Part shown: positions 51,011-60,819 of the stretch, one piece after another
How positions within the stretch are numbered: position 1 is the first letter of the stretch
How the letters are laid out: every line of letters starts with the position of its first letter
DNA from: Squalus acanthias
Taxonomy: Eukaryota
Reading direction: 5' to 3'
DNA length: 64,000 bases
Assembly: GCA_030390025.1 (NCBI GenBank)
Contig: CM059432.1
Coordinates: 41,356,001 to 41,420,000, forward strand
The notes under the pieces: model-generated
Seen by the model: only the letters and a program-made list of their open reading frames with translations
Databases searched by the model: none
What the model was told of the DNA's origin: nothing
Made by a program: the position numbers and the translations under genes

Positions 51011-51373
51011 GTAAGCACTATAAATTAATTCTTTAAAGTGGAAAGAGTCTTGCGCCTACACTAGAGGGACCATTCTGCATTCCTAATCAAGGACAACCGT
51101 ATGGAGAAAAAATAGGGGAATAACATAAAGCAACAATGTTCTATGGCAGCACTGTGTAAGCTAGTAGGGGTTCCAGAGGCATGTTGATCCTTGCATTTTA
51201 TTCAATTTGATTGTATTTTGTCAAAATACACTTGATTGATACAATCTATTATCTGCTTATATGCTGTAGTAATCAAATGTCAGTCTTTTATACATGTATT
51301 TACACATATATTTTTTATAAGTGTTGCACTTTGGGATTTTTAATCCATATAATTCCTTGGGTTCAGTGTAAGT

Positions 51374-51589
51374 CAGGGGTGGCCAATTATTTGGGCTGGA
51401 GGGCCACTTAACAAGTTTTGGCGAGCTGTTGAGGGCCGCACACCAATGTTCCCCCTAAGGTGCGCGGTCGCGTGGTCGCACACCAATCGCGAGGTCCCGC
51501 GCAGGCTCACCAGCTCCTGCCACTGGAAGAGATACTGCGCGTGCAGTATTGTTACGTGCCCCTCCAGCCCAAATAATTGGCCACCCCTG
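51374..51589. mobile_element. hAT-type MITE
   Basis: Perfect 30-bp TIR CAGGGGTGGCCAATTATTTGGGCTGGAGGG; TSD only partly matched (GTAAG). Confidence 0.8.
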
Positions 51590-52199
51590 AGTAAGAGCTT
51601 TTGAAACCAACCAGCTACATTTGCACTGTCTTTGAAAACATACAGGGGTTACATATCTGACTGTGCAGCTGGCCGTTTGCTATGTTATTTCCAGTACCCC
51701 ATGCAGGTATCCATTGTTCCTTATTTTGCTATCTGATTTCAAGGCTACCTCTGTACGAGGTTCTGTGTGAAAATGACAACTCTGAACTAGAAACCTCAGT
51801 CAGAGCCAATCTGTACTTGGACCTCACACGTCAAAACCGACTGGTACAGACTGACCTGAACCAAACCGAGAGATCCCACAAAGCTTGGTTTTTGGGCCAT
51901 TTCTCACAGGGCACATCATCTTAAAGTCAGCCCAGCACCAACACCTCTGAACCACTCCCTGGGCTCAGGCTCAATAAAGGAGAGTTTTCATAGAACGCCA
52001 AGAGTGGAGCAGCCAGTAAAGGGCTGAGTTGAACCTGTAATGTTTAAATGATGTTCTAATCTCTGCCTCAATAGCCACTTGTGAAGTATTCCATGGTATA
52101 ATAGTTCAAAAGCCTTCCTTCTCCCTTCCCCTTGGTTCTTTCCAGTGAGAATCTTCACTCTCCATCCACCATTCGCCCACCAGTATAAACAGTCTTTCA

Positions 52200-52941
52200 A
52201 TATTTACCCTGGGTAAAGTTCCCAGGTTTCACTCACCCCTTTACTGGCTGGTCCTCTCACTGCGCCGCTCTCCCAGCCACCTGACTGCTGCTGCTGCTGC
52301 TACTTCTGCTTCTCCCGGCTCTGCAAGAAATGCTGGCCGTCACGTCCACCCCATTCCCCAGCTTCTCTCTTTCCGCCCCACCTGAGCCCTAAATACCCCA
52401 ATCCCCATTTCTCAGTCTCCCTTTCTCCCCCCTGCCTGAGCCCCAATTTCCCGACCTCCATTTCCCAGTCTCTCTATCTTCCCCATCTCCAGATCCCCAT
52501 TTCGCAGTCTCCCGCTCTCCCTCATCCCGACCCCATTCTTCTGTCTCCCTGTCCCCTGCCGCATTCCCTCGCCCCCCCCTCCCCCCAGTCCCTGGTCACC
52601 CACACTTCCCCCCCACCCACCGATCCCCTGCCTCGAGTCCCTGTTCACCCTAGACCCGCACCTCTCCCCACTCCATCTCTGTCTTTCCATCACCCCTCCC
52701 CCAGACTCCTGACAACCAGTCGCAGTCGGTCCCGTTTTTTTGGTTACCCTTAAGTGGGGGACATCTTTCTGCAGTGGTGGGTGGGCGATGTCACCGAGGG
52801 GATGCTTCTCCTGGTGATTCCGCTGGTGATGACGAGGAGCGAGGGGGAGGCGGAACGTCACTGCGGCAAGAAAATTAAGGCACCAAGTCCTCCCGGGCTG
52901 CTAGCAGCTGCTAGGAGACCCCTGGAGTGTTGACAACCCTA
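52200..52941. mobile_element. Probable hAT fragment with a C-rich interior; only one terminus found
   Basis: The right end is the reverse complement of TAGGGTTGTCAAC (hAT-type TIR TAGGGTTGCCAAC); left boundary uncertain. Confidence 0.45.
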
Positions 52942-53741
52942 TCACTGACAATTAATAAAGCTTGTTACAGCCCCTAATCAATAGCAGAGGGACCTAGTGT
53001 ACCTGTTGCCATGGTATCCACTGATAAGAATGCTGGAAAGATGAATCACCCATAAGGAATCTGATACAAGTTAAAACTTTGGGTGGGATAAGACCTGTTC
53101 CTTAACTTCACTATTAAGTTTCCCATTGCCCAACATCTTGACATTTATATAATGGGTTCTAGTTTGTTGCAAATTGCAGGTACAATGAGTTCCAAAAAGG
53201 TGCATAGTTATTACTTTTCTGTGTTCACTTGTCACTGCTGAATTACTTTTTCCTGTTTAGTTGAATAAAGCAGTTAATGATTGATATTAAGTTTATTGCA
53301 TTTGGCTATCATCCCTATTTATCAACAAAAGGAAGCTCGGAATTGCAAACTAGATGATGATCAAGGCTTCTTTTGTATGAGATAACCACAATAGTACAAT
53401 AAAAATGGTTGAGTTCCCTGAATACAGGGAGCTAGTTGCTAGTTATGCAAAATTACCTATTTGCCCAGGCTCAGCCCATTTCTGGGGAGCAAGTCCAAAT
53501 TGTTTCAACCCTCAAATATGAATTATTTCCAGTGTATACACAGCCATGCCAACACTAATGCAGTATACTATCCCAAAGTATTGTGCAATTAAAAGGAACA
53601 GTTGCTTCACAAAATAGTAACTGCCTTCATTCTCTTCATAATTCTTCAGATAATTGTTTCTTCTTGCTAAATTGTCATAATTTGTATTTCGGCTTAGTTT
53701 CACCTTAGCAAACAAAAATCTTCCGATCATGCAACTTGTCT

Positions 53742-54090
53742 TCATTCTGGTGAATATGCGCTGTACCCCTCTGAGGCAAATATATCCTTCCTGAGATATG
53801 GTGCCAAAACTGAACGCAGTGCGCCAGGTGAAGTCTGACCAAGGCTCTGTACAACTGAAGCATAACTTCCTCCCCTTTGTATTCCAGCCCTATTGAGATA
53901 AAGACCCACATTCCAGAAGCATTTTTATGATTACTTTTTGTACCTGTGCACGAGCTTTTAGTGGTTTGTGTACTTAAACATCCAAATCCCTATGCTCATT
54001 CGTAGTTCCTATTCTCTCGACATTAAGAAAATATTTGTCTTTCTTGGATGCAAAGTGAATGACCTCACATTGCCCCACATTGAACTCCTC
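53742..54090 (-). mobile_element. CR1 LINE fragment
   Basis: EYKGEEVMLQLYRALVRLHLAHCVQFW. Confidence 0.85.
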
Positions 54091-55232
54091 TGAGCTGCCC
54101 AATCTGTGCCTGTCAGCGGTCGCCTTTTTACATCATTATGGGCAGGCAGCTGTTGGGATGTAACTGAAGCCCAGGAGTTAAAATAGCCCAGACCTCAAAT
54201 TGATACCGCTTGACGCTGAGCTCATCCCCTCCCCACCAGAAACTCGCAGTTGTAAAATACCCCCCTACAATTTCAGCATTTTATTTGAATCTTAAAACCT
54301 ACAGCCATCACCAAGACCACCTTTTTCCAATTGCATCACATTGTCTGTTTACACCCCTACCTCACCTCCTGTGATGCTGAAATCCTGATCTACTCTTTTT
54401 TTATTACCTGGGGAATCAATGGCAGAAAGTTTCACCACCGTCTGGGATATAATTTGGCAGAGCAGATCACATGGCCATTGTAGAACTCGCTTGATTTTCA
54501 TTTCATTAATTCTACAACAGGCGGGCAATCTGCTCTGCCAGGTTACTGTCTAATTGGTGAAGGTTAAAATTAGCCCCGTGACTCAAATGCTGTGCTCACT
54601 GGACTCCCCACCTAAACCATTCTCATACGTCAATTAATCTGTGGCCCAAGTCCTCTCCTCCACAAAGTTCAGCACATCCAGCATCCCTGGCTTCCATGAT
54701 TCAGCAAATCGCTTACAAGATTTCAGTCGTCATCTTTAAATTGTAGTACCCTATGTGGGATATCTTCTTTAATCCTACATCCCAGTCTGCATCCCCCATT
54801 CCTCTCACTCTGGATTGCTGTTTGTTTCTCACCCCCTCTGCTCCACCTTCATATGTCACTCTTTTAGCCATTATGTCTCTATCAACTAGAATTCTCTAAT
54901 AGCCTTGCTAACTTTCTCTCGGCTTTCAAAAGCCTTCTTAAAAACTTGCCTATAGTTTCGCAACTTACCTCTAAATCCATTCACGTCCTGTTCAATGTTC
55001 TCTGCATTCTTATCTAAAGACCTCTGAGACATTAGTTGAAATGAGGGCCAATATATAAAATTAAGCTGTTTTTGTTATTAAAGATTAAGAATAGTTATCC
55101 AGAGTAGCGCAAGATATATTTGTTGTTTGTAGGATTGTTGCAATTTTGCTTTAATTAACCCCACACTTTGCTTTAATAAAACCCCCTTAAAGCTTAATGT
55201 TAACCAAATATTTGCTTTGTGCTTTCTTATAG

Positions 55233-55463
55233 ATAACCCTGAAAAGAGTTCTACAACGGATGTCTCCATTTACTTATACGATGTTAATGACAACCCTCCT
55301 AAATTAGCAAAAGATTCCTCTTCGTTTTTCATTTGCCTCCCAGCTGAAGAAGAGAAGAAAATAACTATCCATATTGTAGATGATGATGTAGAAATTGGCC
55401 CTCCATTCAAATGTTCTATTCGTGAAAATCCAGGCAGTAACTGGAAAATTGAACCATTAAATG
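55233..55463 (+). CDS. CDH17: CDH17 exon M (231 nt, 1-1): DNPEKSSTTDVSIYLYDVNDNPPKLAKDSSSFFICLPAEEEKKITIHIVDDDVEIGPPFKCSIRENPGSNWKIEPLNG
   Basis: tatag|AT...AATG|gtaag; DVNDNPP linker. Confidence 0.95.
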
Positions 55464-55889
55464 GTAAGTGATGCCCAGTAGTTCAAGTTTGTTTATGTGT
55501 AATAAGAAAATCCAGTGTTTCTCATCATAGTTTTTTCTGTTCTAAAATTGTATCTTAAACTGTATTTTAAAGCCATTTGTTTTGTTTACATACACTTTAG
55601 ACTATAATCGCACAATAGGAATTTTAGAGACTTCATGCAGTGTAACATGCTTAGGTAGCATGCTCCAAATTACTACCTGTTGTTAAGAACCATTTTTAAG
55701 ATTTACTTGATGACACATGGCCTAATGTTGGTCTATCATTGCGTGATTGCCTGAAACTTGCCATTTCAGGGATGGTAAACAGCTGCACTGGCTGAGGTCA
55801 TTTGGTTTTGTTTCAGAAATGATGATCTATGTAATACTTGTTTCCAGACATCATAAGGTCATGGGAGTGAATTTTTTCCCTCTTACCAC

Positions 55890-56868
55890 CCTAACTGTGG
55901 ACACAAACATGATGCGTCAGTTTGGCACCACCCCACACCAACACCATAAAGCATCCCTACAATGCTCAAGCCATTCCTTTCACACTCATCGCCATTGCGG
56001 GGGATACCGTTATGTCTCACCATTCACTGCAACTCACAAAACCATTTTCAAAGGTGCATACAAATCTGTCCAAGAAGGCCAAGTGTTGAAAATAAAGATT
56101 TCAATGTTTGACAACAGAAACTTTACCTGAACATTGGCGATAACACCCAACTGCCTACCCTGGTGTATTGTTAGTTGGTATGATCGGACAAGGATGAGGG
56201 TGAGTGTGAGGGGTGGCTAGTGAGATGGGGAAGTGATAGAGAGGGATGGGTGGAGGTGCAAGGTAAGTTGGCGTGGGTAAGGATGTGCAGGAGTAGGGTA
56301 GGGAAGGCAGAGTGATGGGGATGTGATGAGTGGCACAGCAGGATGAGGCTGAGTGTGGCTTTGCAGCAACGTTTTGTGATCTACTGAGATCATTGAAAGG
56401 TTTATGCCACTGCAGCCTGGTCCTCCTGACGACATCCCTGCTTGTGCCCTCCTATGCAATGTACAACCAGGCTGCTTTGGTGTCCTGGGGAGGTCTCTTC
56501 CGCCCATTGGAAGGGAAGAGAACCTCCCTGCGTGCTGTGACTCCCTCCATAAGCATATGGAGGGAGTCATGGGAGAGCCTGGGTACAGCCGTGCACCTTT
56601 GTGCAGTGCTTGTCAGTATTTGCAGCACCTCAATGCTGCAGAACACTGCTAGCACAACTGTGGCCCCTTTAAGGAAACCAGCTGATGACGCGTCATCAGA
56701 TGACGTCATCAGACCCCCTTCCTTTTAATTGGCCGGGAACCATGCAGGGCGGGCTTAACAAGCCCAATCATCGTAAAATCATGTCGGAGGCCCGGATCGG
56801 CACAGCTGCGGGGACTCGCCAAGGACGTCGCACGGCCCGGACCCACCGAGGTTGGTAAAATCCAGCCA
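55890..56868 (-). mobile_element. Harbinger family M, copy 3 (left part missing), Myb domain about 56370-56600
   Basis: Collinear with 26430-27340; AVPRLSHDSLHMLMEGVTARREVLFPSNGRKRPPQDTKAAWLYIA*; right TIR AAAATCCAGCCA. Confidence 0.85.
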
Positions 56869-58578
56869 GTAAGGTGGGATTCCTACCTTAGCACTCTTGG
56901 TGAGGTTGCTGAATTTTTTGCAGTACTTGCCCCTAGGTCCTGGTTTATACACTGTTGCCATTTGTATCATGTGTTATCCCCTGTCAAACCGTTCTCCATC
57001 TCACCATGTTTATTTCAGATTTCCAGCATCCACAGTATTTTGCTTTAGTCGGCAATCAATGTGTCAGCTTGGTGGTGTTCCACAAGACAAATCATCTTTT
57101 TTCATTGGGATTGGACGTTGTCAATATGAACCAATCATATCAGTCAGAAGGCACAACTGGAGACTGTCAGAACCAATTAGATAAACTGGAGGGTAGAGCT
57201 GATGGCTGCTAGAACTGAGCTTTCGTCCACTGTTTGTTGCAGAGAAATTTGAGGCAGAAATATTTTGAGTGAGTTGATGGTTTCTGACAGTTGCAGTCAG
57301 GTATTTTATGGCACCCCCCCAGATTGGAGGCAATCAGCCAGGTACACTTGAGTGTACAAAACTGAGCTCCCTCGCCTGATCCCGGAAACCACATTGTTGT
57401 ATACTTCACTTTTTCTTTAACGATTGCTGTGCTTACTTCTTCTTCCAGTAGAAGAAAATAAACCTTTTTGACAGGTTTAAATAAAAAACATAGATGAGGA
57501 ATTACTATTGGTGATAATTGTGGATGAATGTTTAGCATGTTTACTTGACATTCCTCTGCCCACTTTCTTAGCAGCAGGTCATTGGCCTATTTATTTTAAC
57601 TTTACCTGTTTTAGTTGTGTTGGAGCCTACTTCAATGTGGTCTCAAACATCAAAACCTTCTGAAGGGAAGCATGCCCTTAATTCCCCTCAAAAATGAATC
57701 TCACCCTCAGTACTCACATTCTTCTTTAGTAATTGATAAATTCACCACTGCTGCAAACTGCACTTTCATATACTTCAGGATTTTCCACTCCAATAAAAGT
57801 GATCAAATGTTGTATACCTGCAGTTTAAGTTATAACCTGCCCAGGTCCCACAGCAACCCCTTGTCTTCATATGTCTTTAGGCCTATATATTCAGAGTTGG
57901 TTTTCAGCTGTCAGCTTTTCTGGGGCTCTATCAGCTTATGTGAAGCTTTTGATCAGCTTTTGCTATGGAACACACTGACCATCTGATGACAAGAGATTGT
58001 CTGCCAGTTCCTGAACCTGCTGCACCAGGAGCTCCATGACCAGGTCTGAGAAGTCGGCACCCTTGACTGCCCTGAGGCAACTTTCTGCAGCTCCTCAGAC
58101 TTGTTTGTGCTGTTGCTGAAAAAAAAGGTACTGCCCCTTTAAGCTGCAGCAGGGCCTTAAGAACCCCCTGCCCCCTAATGGCCAGGCTGTCTATGGGGAG
58201 CACATTTCCCACCTGCAGCTCACTCACAAACAAGGGGGAGCCTGGAAACTCAGACAGCTGTCCTCTGCCCTGGGCTGAAGATCTCACCTCATCCACCTGT
58301 TCTTGATTTATGTTAGGAGCCTAAAATCAGGCCCATTTTGTCCTAAAACATTTCTAATTTTAGGAGATGAACCTAATAATGCAGGTTTTCTTAGAGAAAT
58401 CAAATTGGCACACAGTTACTGCATTACAACAAAATAATCTAACTTAGAATTTTATTTTACGATCACAAACATTTGGGATTAATTAATAGCGAGGTGTGAC
58501 CTATTTTTGGAATCCCTTTAATGTATTTGTGAATTCTTGTACCTGATAAAGTCACCACAGCAGTGTTTGTCTTCACAG

Positions 58579-58698
58579 GGACTCATATCTCTGTCACCAT
58601 GAAATTTGGCAAACACAGTGAAGAAACAGAATATAAGATTCCTGTGACAATGTCTGACAGCGGCTCTCCACCTCTACAAGCATCCGATTTCATAACAG
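58579..58698 (+). CDS. CDH17: CDH17 exon N (120 nt, 1-1), end of EC7: THISVTMKFGKHSEETEYKIPVTMSDSGSPPLQASDFIT
   Basis: cacag|GG...ACAG|gtaaa; D.G.PPL motif. Confidence 0.93.
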
Positions 58699-58879
58699 GT
58701 AAAGGTTCATTGGAATCTTCTTAAAATTCTAACTAATGCTTAGTGCATGATTGTGCCTATTACAACAAATGGCCATTTTGTAAGTAAATCATTTTGTTTT
58801 GTCTTGTGACCCATGAACCTGAGCTTCATGAATAGGGATATAGCAAAGATTCTGCAACTTATCTGGTTGGTCCCAAAGA

Positions 58880-59563
58880 CGTATGTACCCACCTATAGGG
58901 ACATCGGAAATGCTGGTTTCAAGCATGCACAGCGCATGCGCTGAAAACCGGCATTTCCGATCTGTCAAGTGGGCCTCCTAGAGAAGGGCCCCTGCGGGCG
59001 GATAGTTCCGCTTTCTGGAGACCCTCCGCCTGCAGAAAACCCTTAGAATTCTTATGCCTACTTTTACCAGGATAAGAGTTCAAAAAAAGTTTAAAAAAAA
59101 TGTTTTCAGTCATTTATCATTTAAAAATACTTTAAAAAAAGGTAAGTTTATTTTTAGCCCCGTAAACATCTTTAATTATTTTTTTCAAAAAATTAATTTT
59201 TGTTTAAAATATTTAATTTATTGTAATTTCAACTAATTTTAAAAAGGTGATGGTTTAAAAAAAAATGTATTTAAAGTTTTACTATGTTTTTTCATTGATC
59301 TCCATTCATATATTTGACAGGTCTATCTGTCAAGTGTATGAAGGGAGATTCCCTTCTTTGATTGGCTCCCCATGGCCCACGTGATCCCAGAGACACTTGC
59401 GATCCGCATGCGCCCCTGGGATACGTAGGCCCTGCACACTTGGAGTTGGAGAAGCCCAGCATTGGAAGTGTAGGCGCCTCGGGAGCCCTCAGGTAAGTGC
59501 GTAGATTTTTTCCAGATCGGAGGCCTCCACACGCGGGAAGCCTCTGATCGGAAAATACGGCCC
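58880..59563 (+). mobile_element. Harbinger-type MITE family A
   Basis: Right terminus AAAATACGGCCC; left boundary approximate; homologous to 24975-25633 (inverted) and 31610-32199. Confidence 0.72.
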
Positions 59564-59564
59564 A

Positions 59565-60590
59565 ATATCTCTCAATTACCCTTTTCCTCATATATCTGTT
59601 AAAGTTTTTCATGTTGTCTGTCTCCACTGCCTCTCTAGGTAGTTTGTTCCACACAATCATCATCCTCGATATAGTTAAATCTTAACTGTCTGTGGACCTT
59701 CCCTTTCTAAGCTTGAGCCTGTGTTCCCTGGTTCTAGAGTTTGCAGCAATCTTATCGGGGTTTAATTTATCTGTTTCCTTAAAATTTCCCTACATTACAA
59801 CTGTGACTGCAATTCAAAAATACTTCATTTGCTGTGAAAGGTGATATATTAAATGCGAGTTCCTTTTTTTCTATTCTTTATCTGAATACTATTTCCCCAA
59901 AGCCTTCTCCAAAATAAACAATCCCAGTTCTACTACCTAATTTCAGCTCAGATACTTTAAGCTAGGTTTCAGTTTGGTTGCTTTTTTTGGCACTTCCTCC
60001 AACGGTTGGATAAACTTACTGTAATATGGCAACCGGAATTGTACACAGTACTCCAGAAGTGGCCTTTTATGGATTTAATATCACCTCTCGGGAATTGTGC
60101 TTTACCCCACTGGCTATGCATTCCTTCAGCTGCCTAGGCCCTAAGCTCTGGAATTCCCTCCCTAAACCTCTCCGCCTCTCTACCTCTCTTTCCTCCTTCA
60201 AGACGCTCCTTAAAACCTACCTCTTCTGCCCTAATTTCTCCTTATGTGGCTCGGCATCAAATTTTGTTTTATAACACTCCTGTGAAGCGCCTTGGGACGT
60301 TTTACTACGTTAAAGGCGCTATATAAATACAAGTTGTTGTTGTTGATTAGCTTTCCTTACTGCTTCTGCACACTGTGCTGGTTATTTCAATGAGCTATCC
60401 ACCAGTACCTCTGGATCCCTCTCCTGTACTATGACTTGTAAGTTATAGCTGTTTAGTTTATATTCCCACTGTTTATTTCCCCTCCCTAGCCTTTTCACCT
60501 TGTCTTTGTCCACGTTAATGGCATTAGCCACTCATTAGCTGACCCTTTTAAACGTATCCAGATCTCTTTGTATTTTGGCTGTTCATTACT
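59565..60590 (-). mobile_element. Old CR1 fragment with an inserted L2 3' end (60118-60346, + strand)
   Basis: IVWNKLPREAVETD; the L2 piece is near-identical to 6558-6775. Confidence 0.7.
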
Positions 60591-60819
60591 AGGAATCATT
60601 TAAATTGTTCAATTCTTCAAGTACCATGTGAATGGATTTCTTCTGAACATTGTAGGTTTGCCAAGTAACGTTAGGTGACATAAAGTTGCACTGACAGTTC
60701 TGCCTACAGGTGCAGTTCCAGTGGAATGCGGAGACCATGATCTGCTTTAATGTGTAATAGATAGGGGATTCTATAATCAAGGATATAGAAAGGTGTTTTT
60801 GTAACTGTAACCGAGAGTC

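Larger units (their letters stand above)
1..58698 (+). other. CDH17: Cadherin-17 (LI-cadherin, 7D cadherin) gene body, partial; 14 internal coding exons, both ends outside the window
   Basis: The spliced translation runs collinear with recalled human CDH17 motifs (GPLKSM, EGVVRQNSRPGK, YVNATDLDDP, ENLWK, ENSTDPHP, FTGSSEILY, NPEPLV..V.YN.SS, KDPEG, DVNDNPPKLAKD). All junctions are GT-AG and the phases chain without a frameshift. Confidence 0.95.

Noticed and set aside
4936..58698. Assignment as CDH16 or a classical cadherin
   Set aside because: Seven repeats, no prodomain, and motifs VRQNSRPGK, ENSTDPHP and NPEPLV match CDH17 as I recall it.
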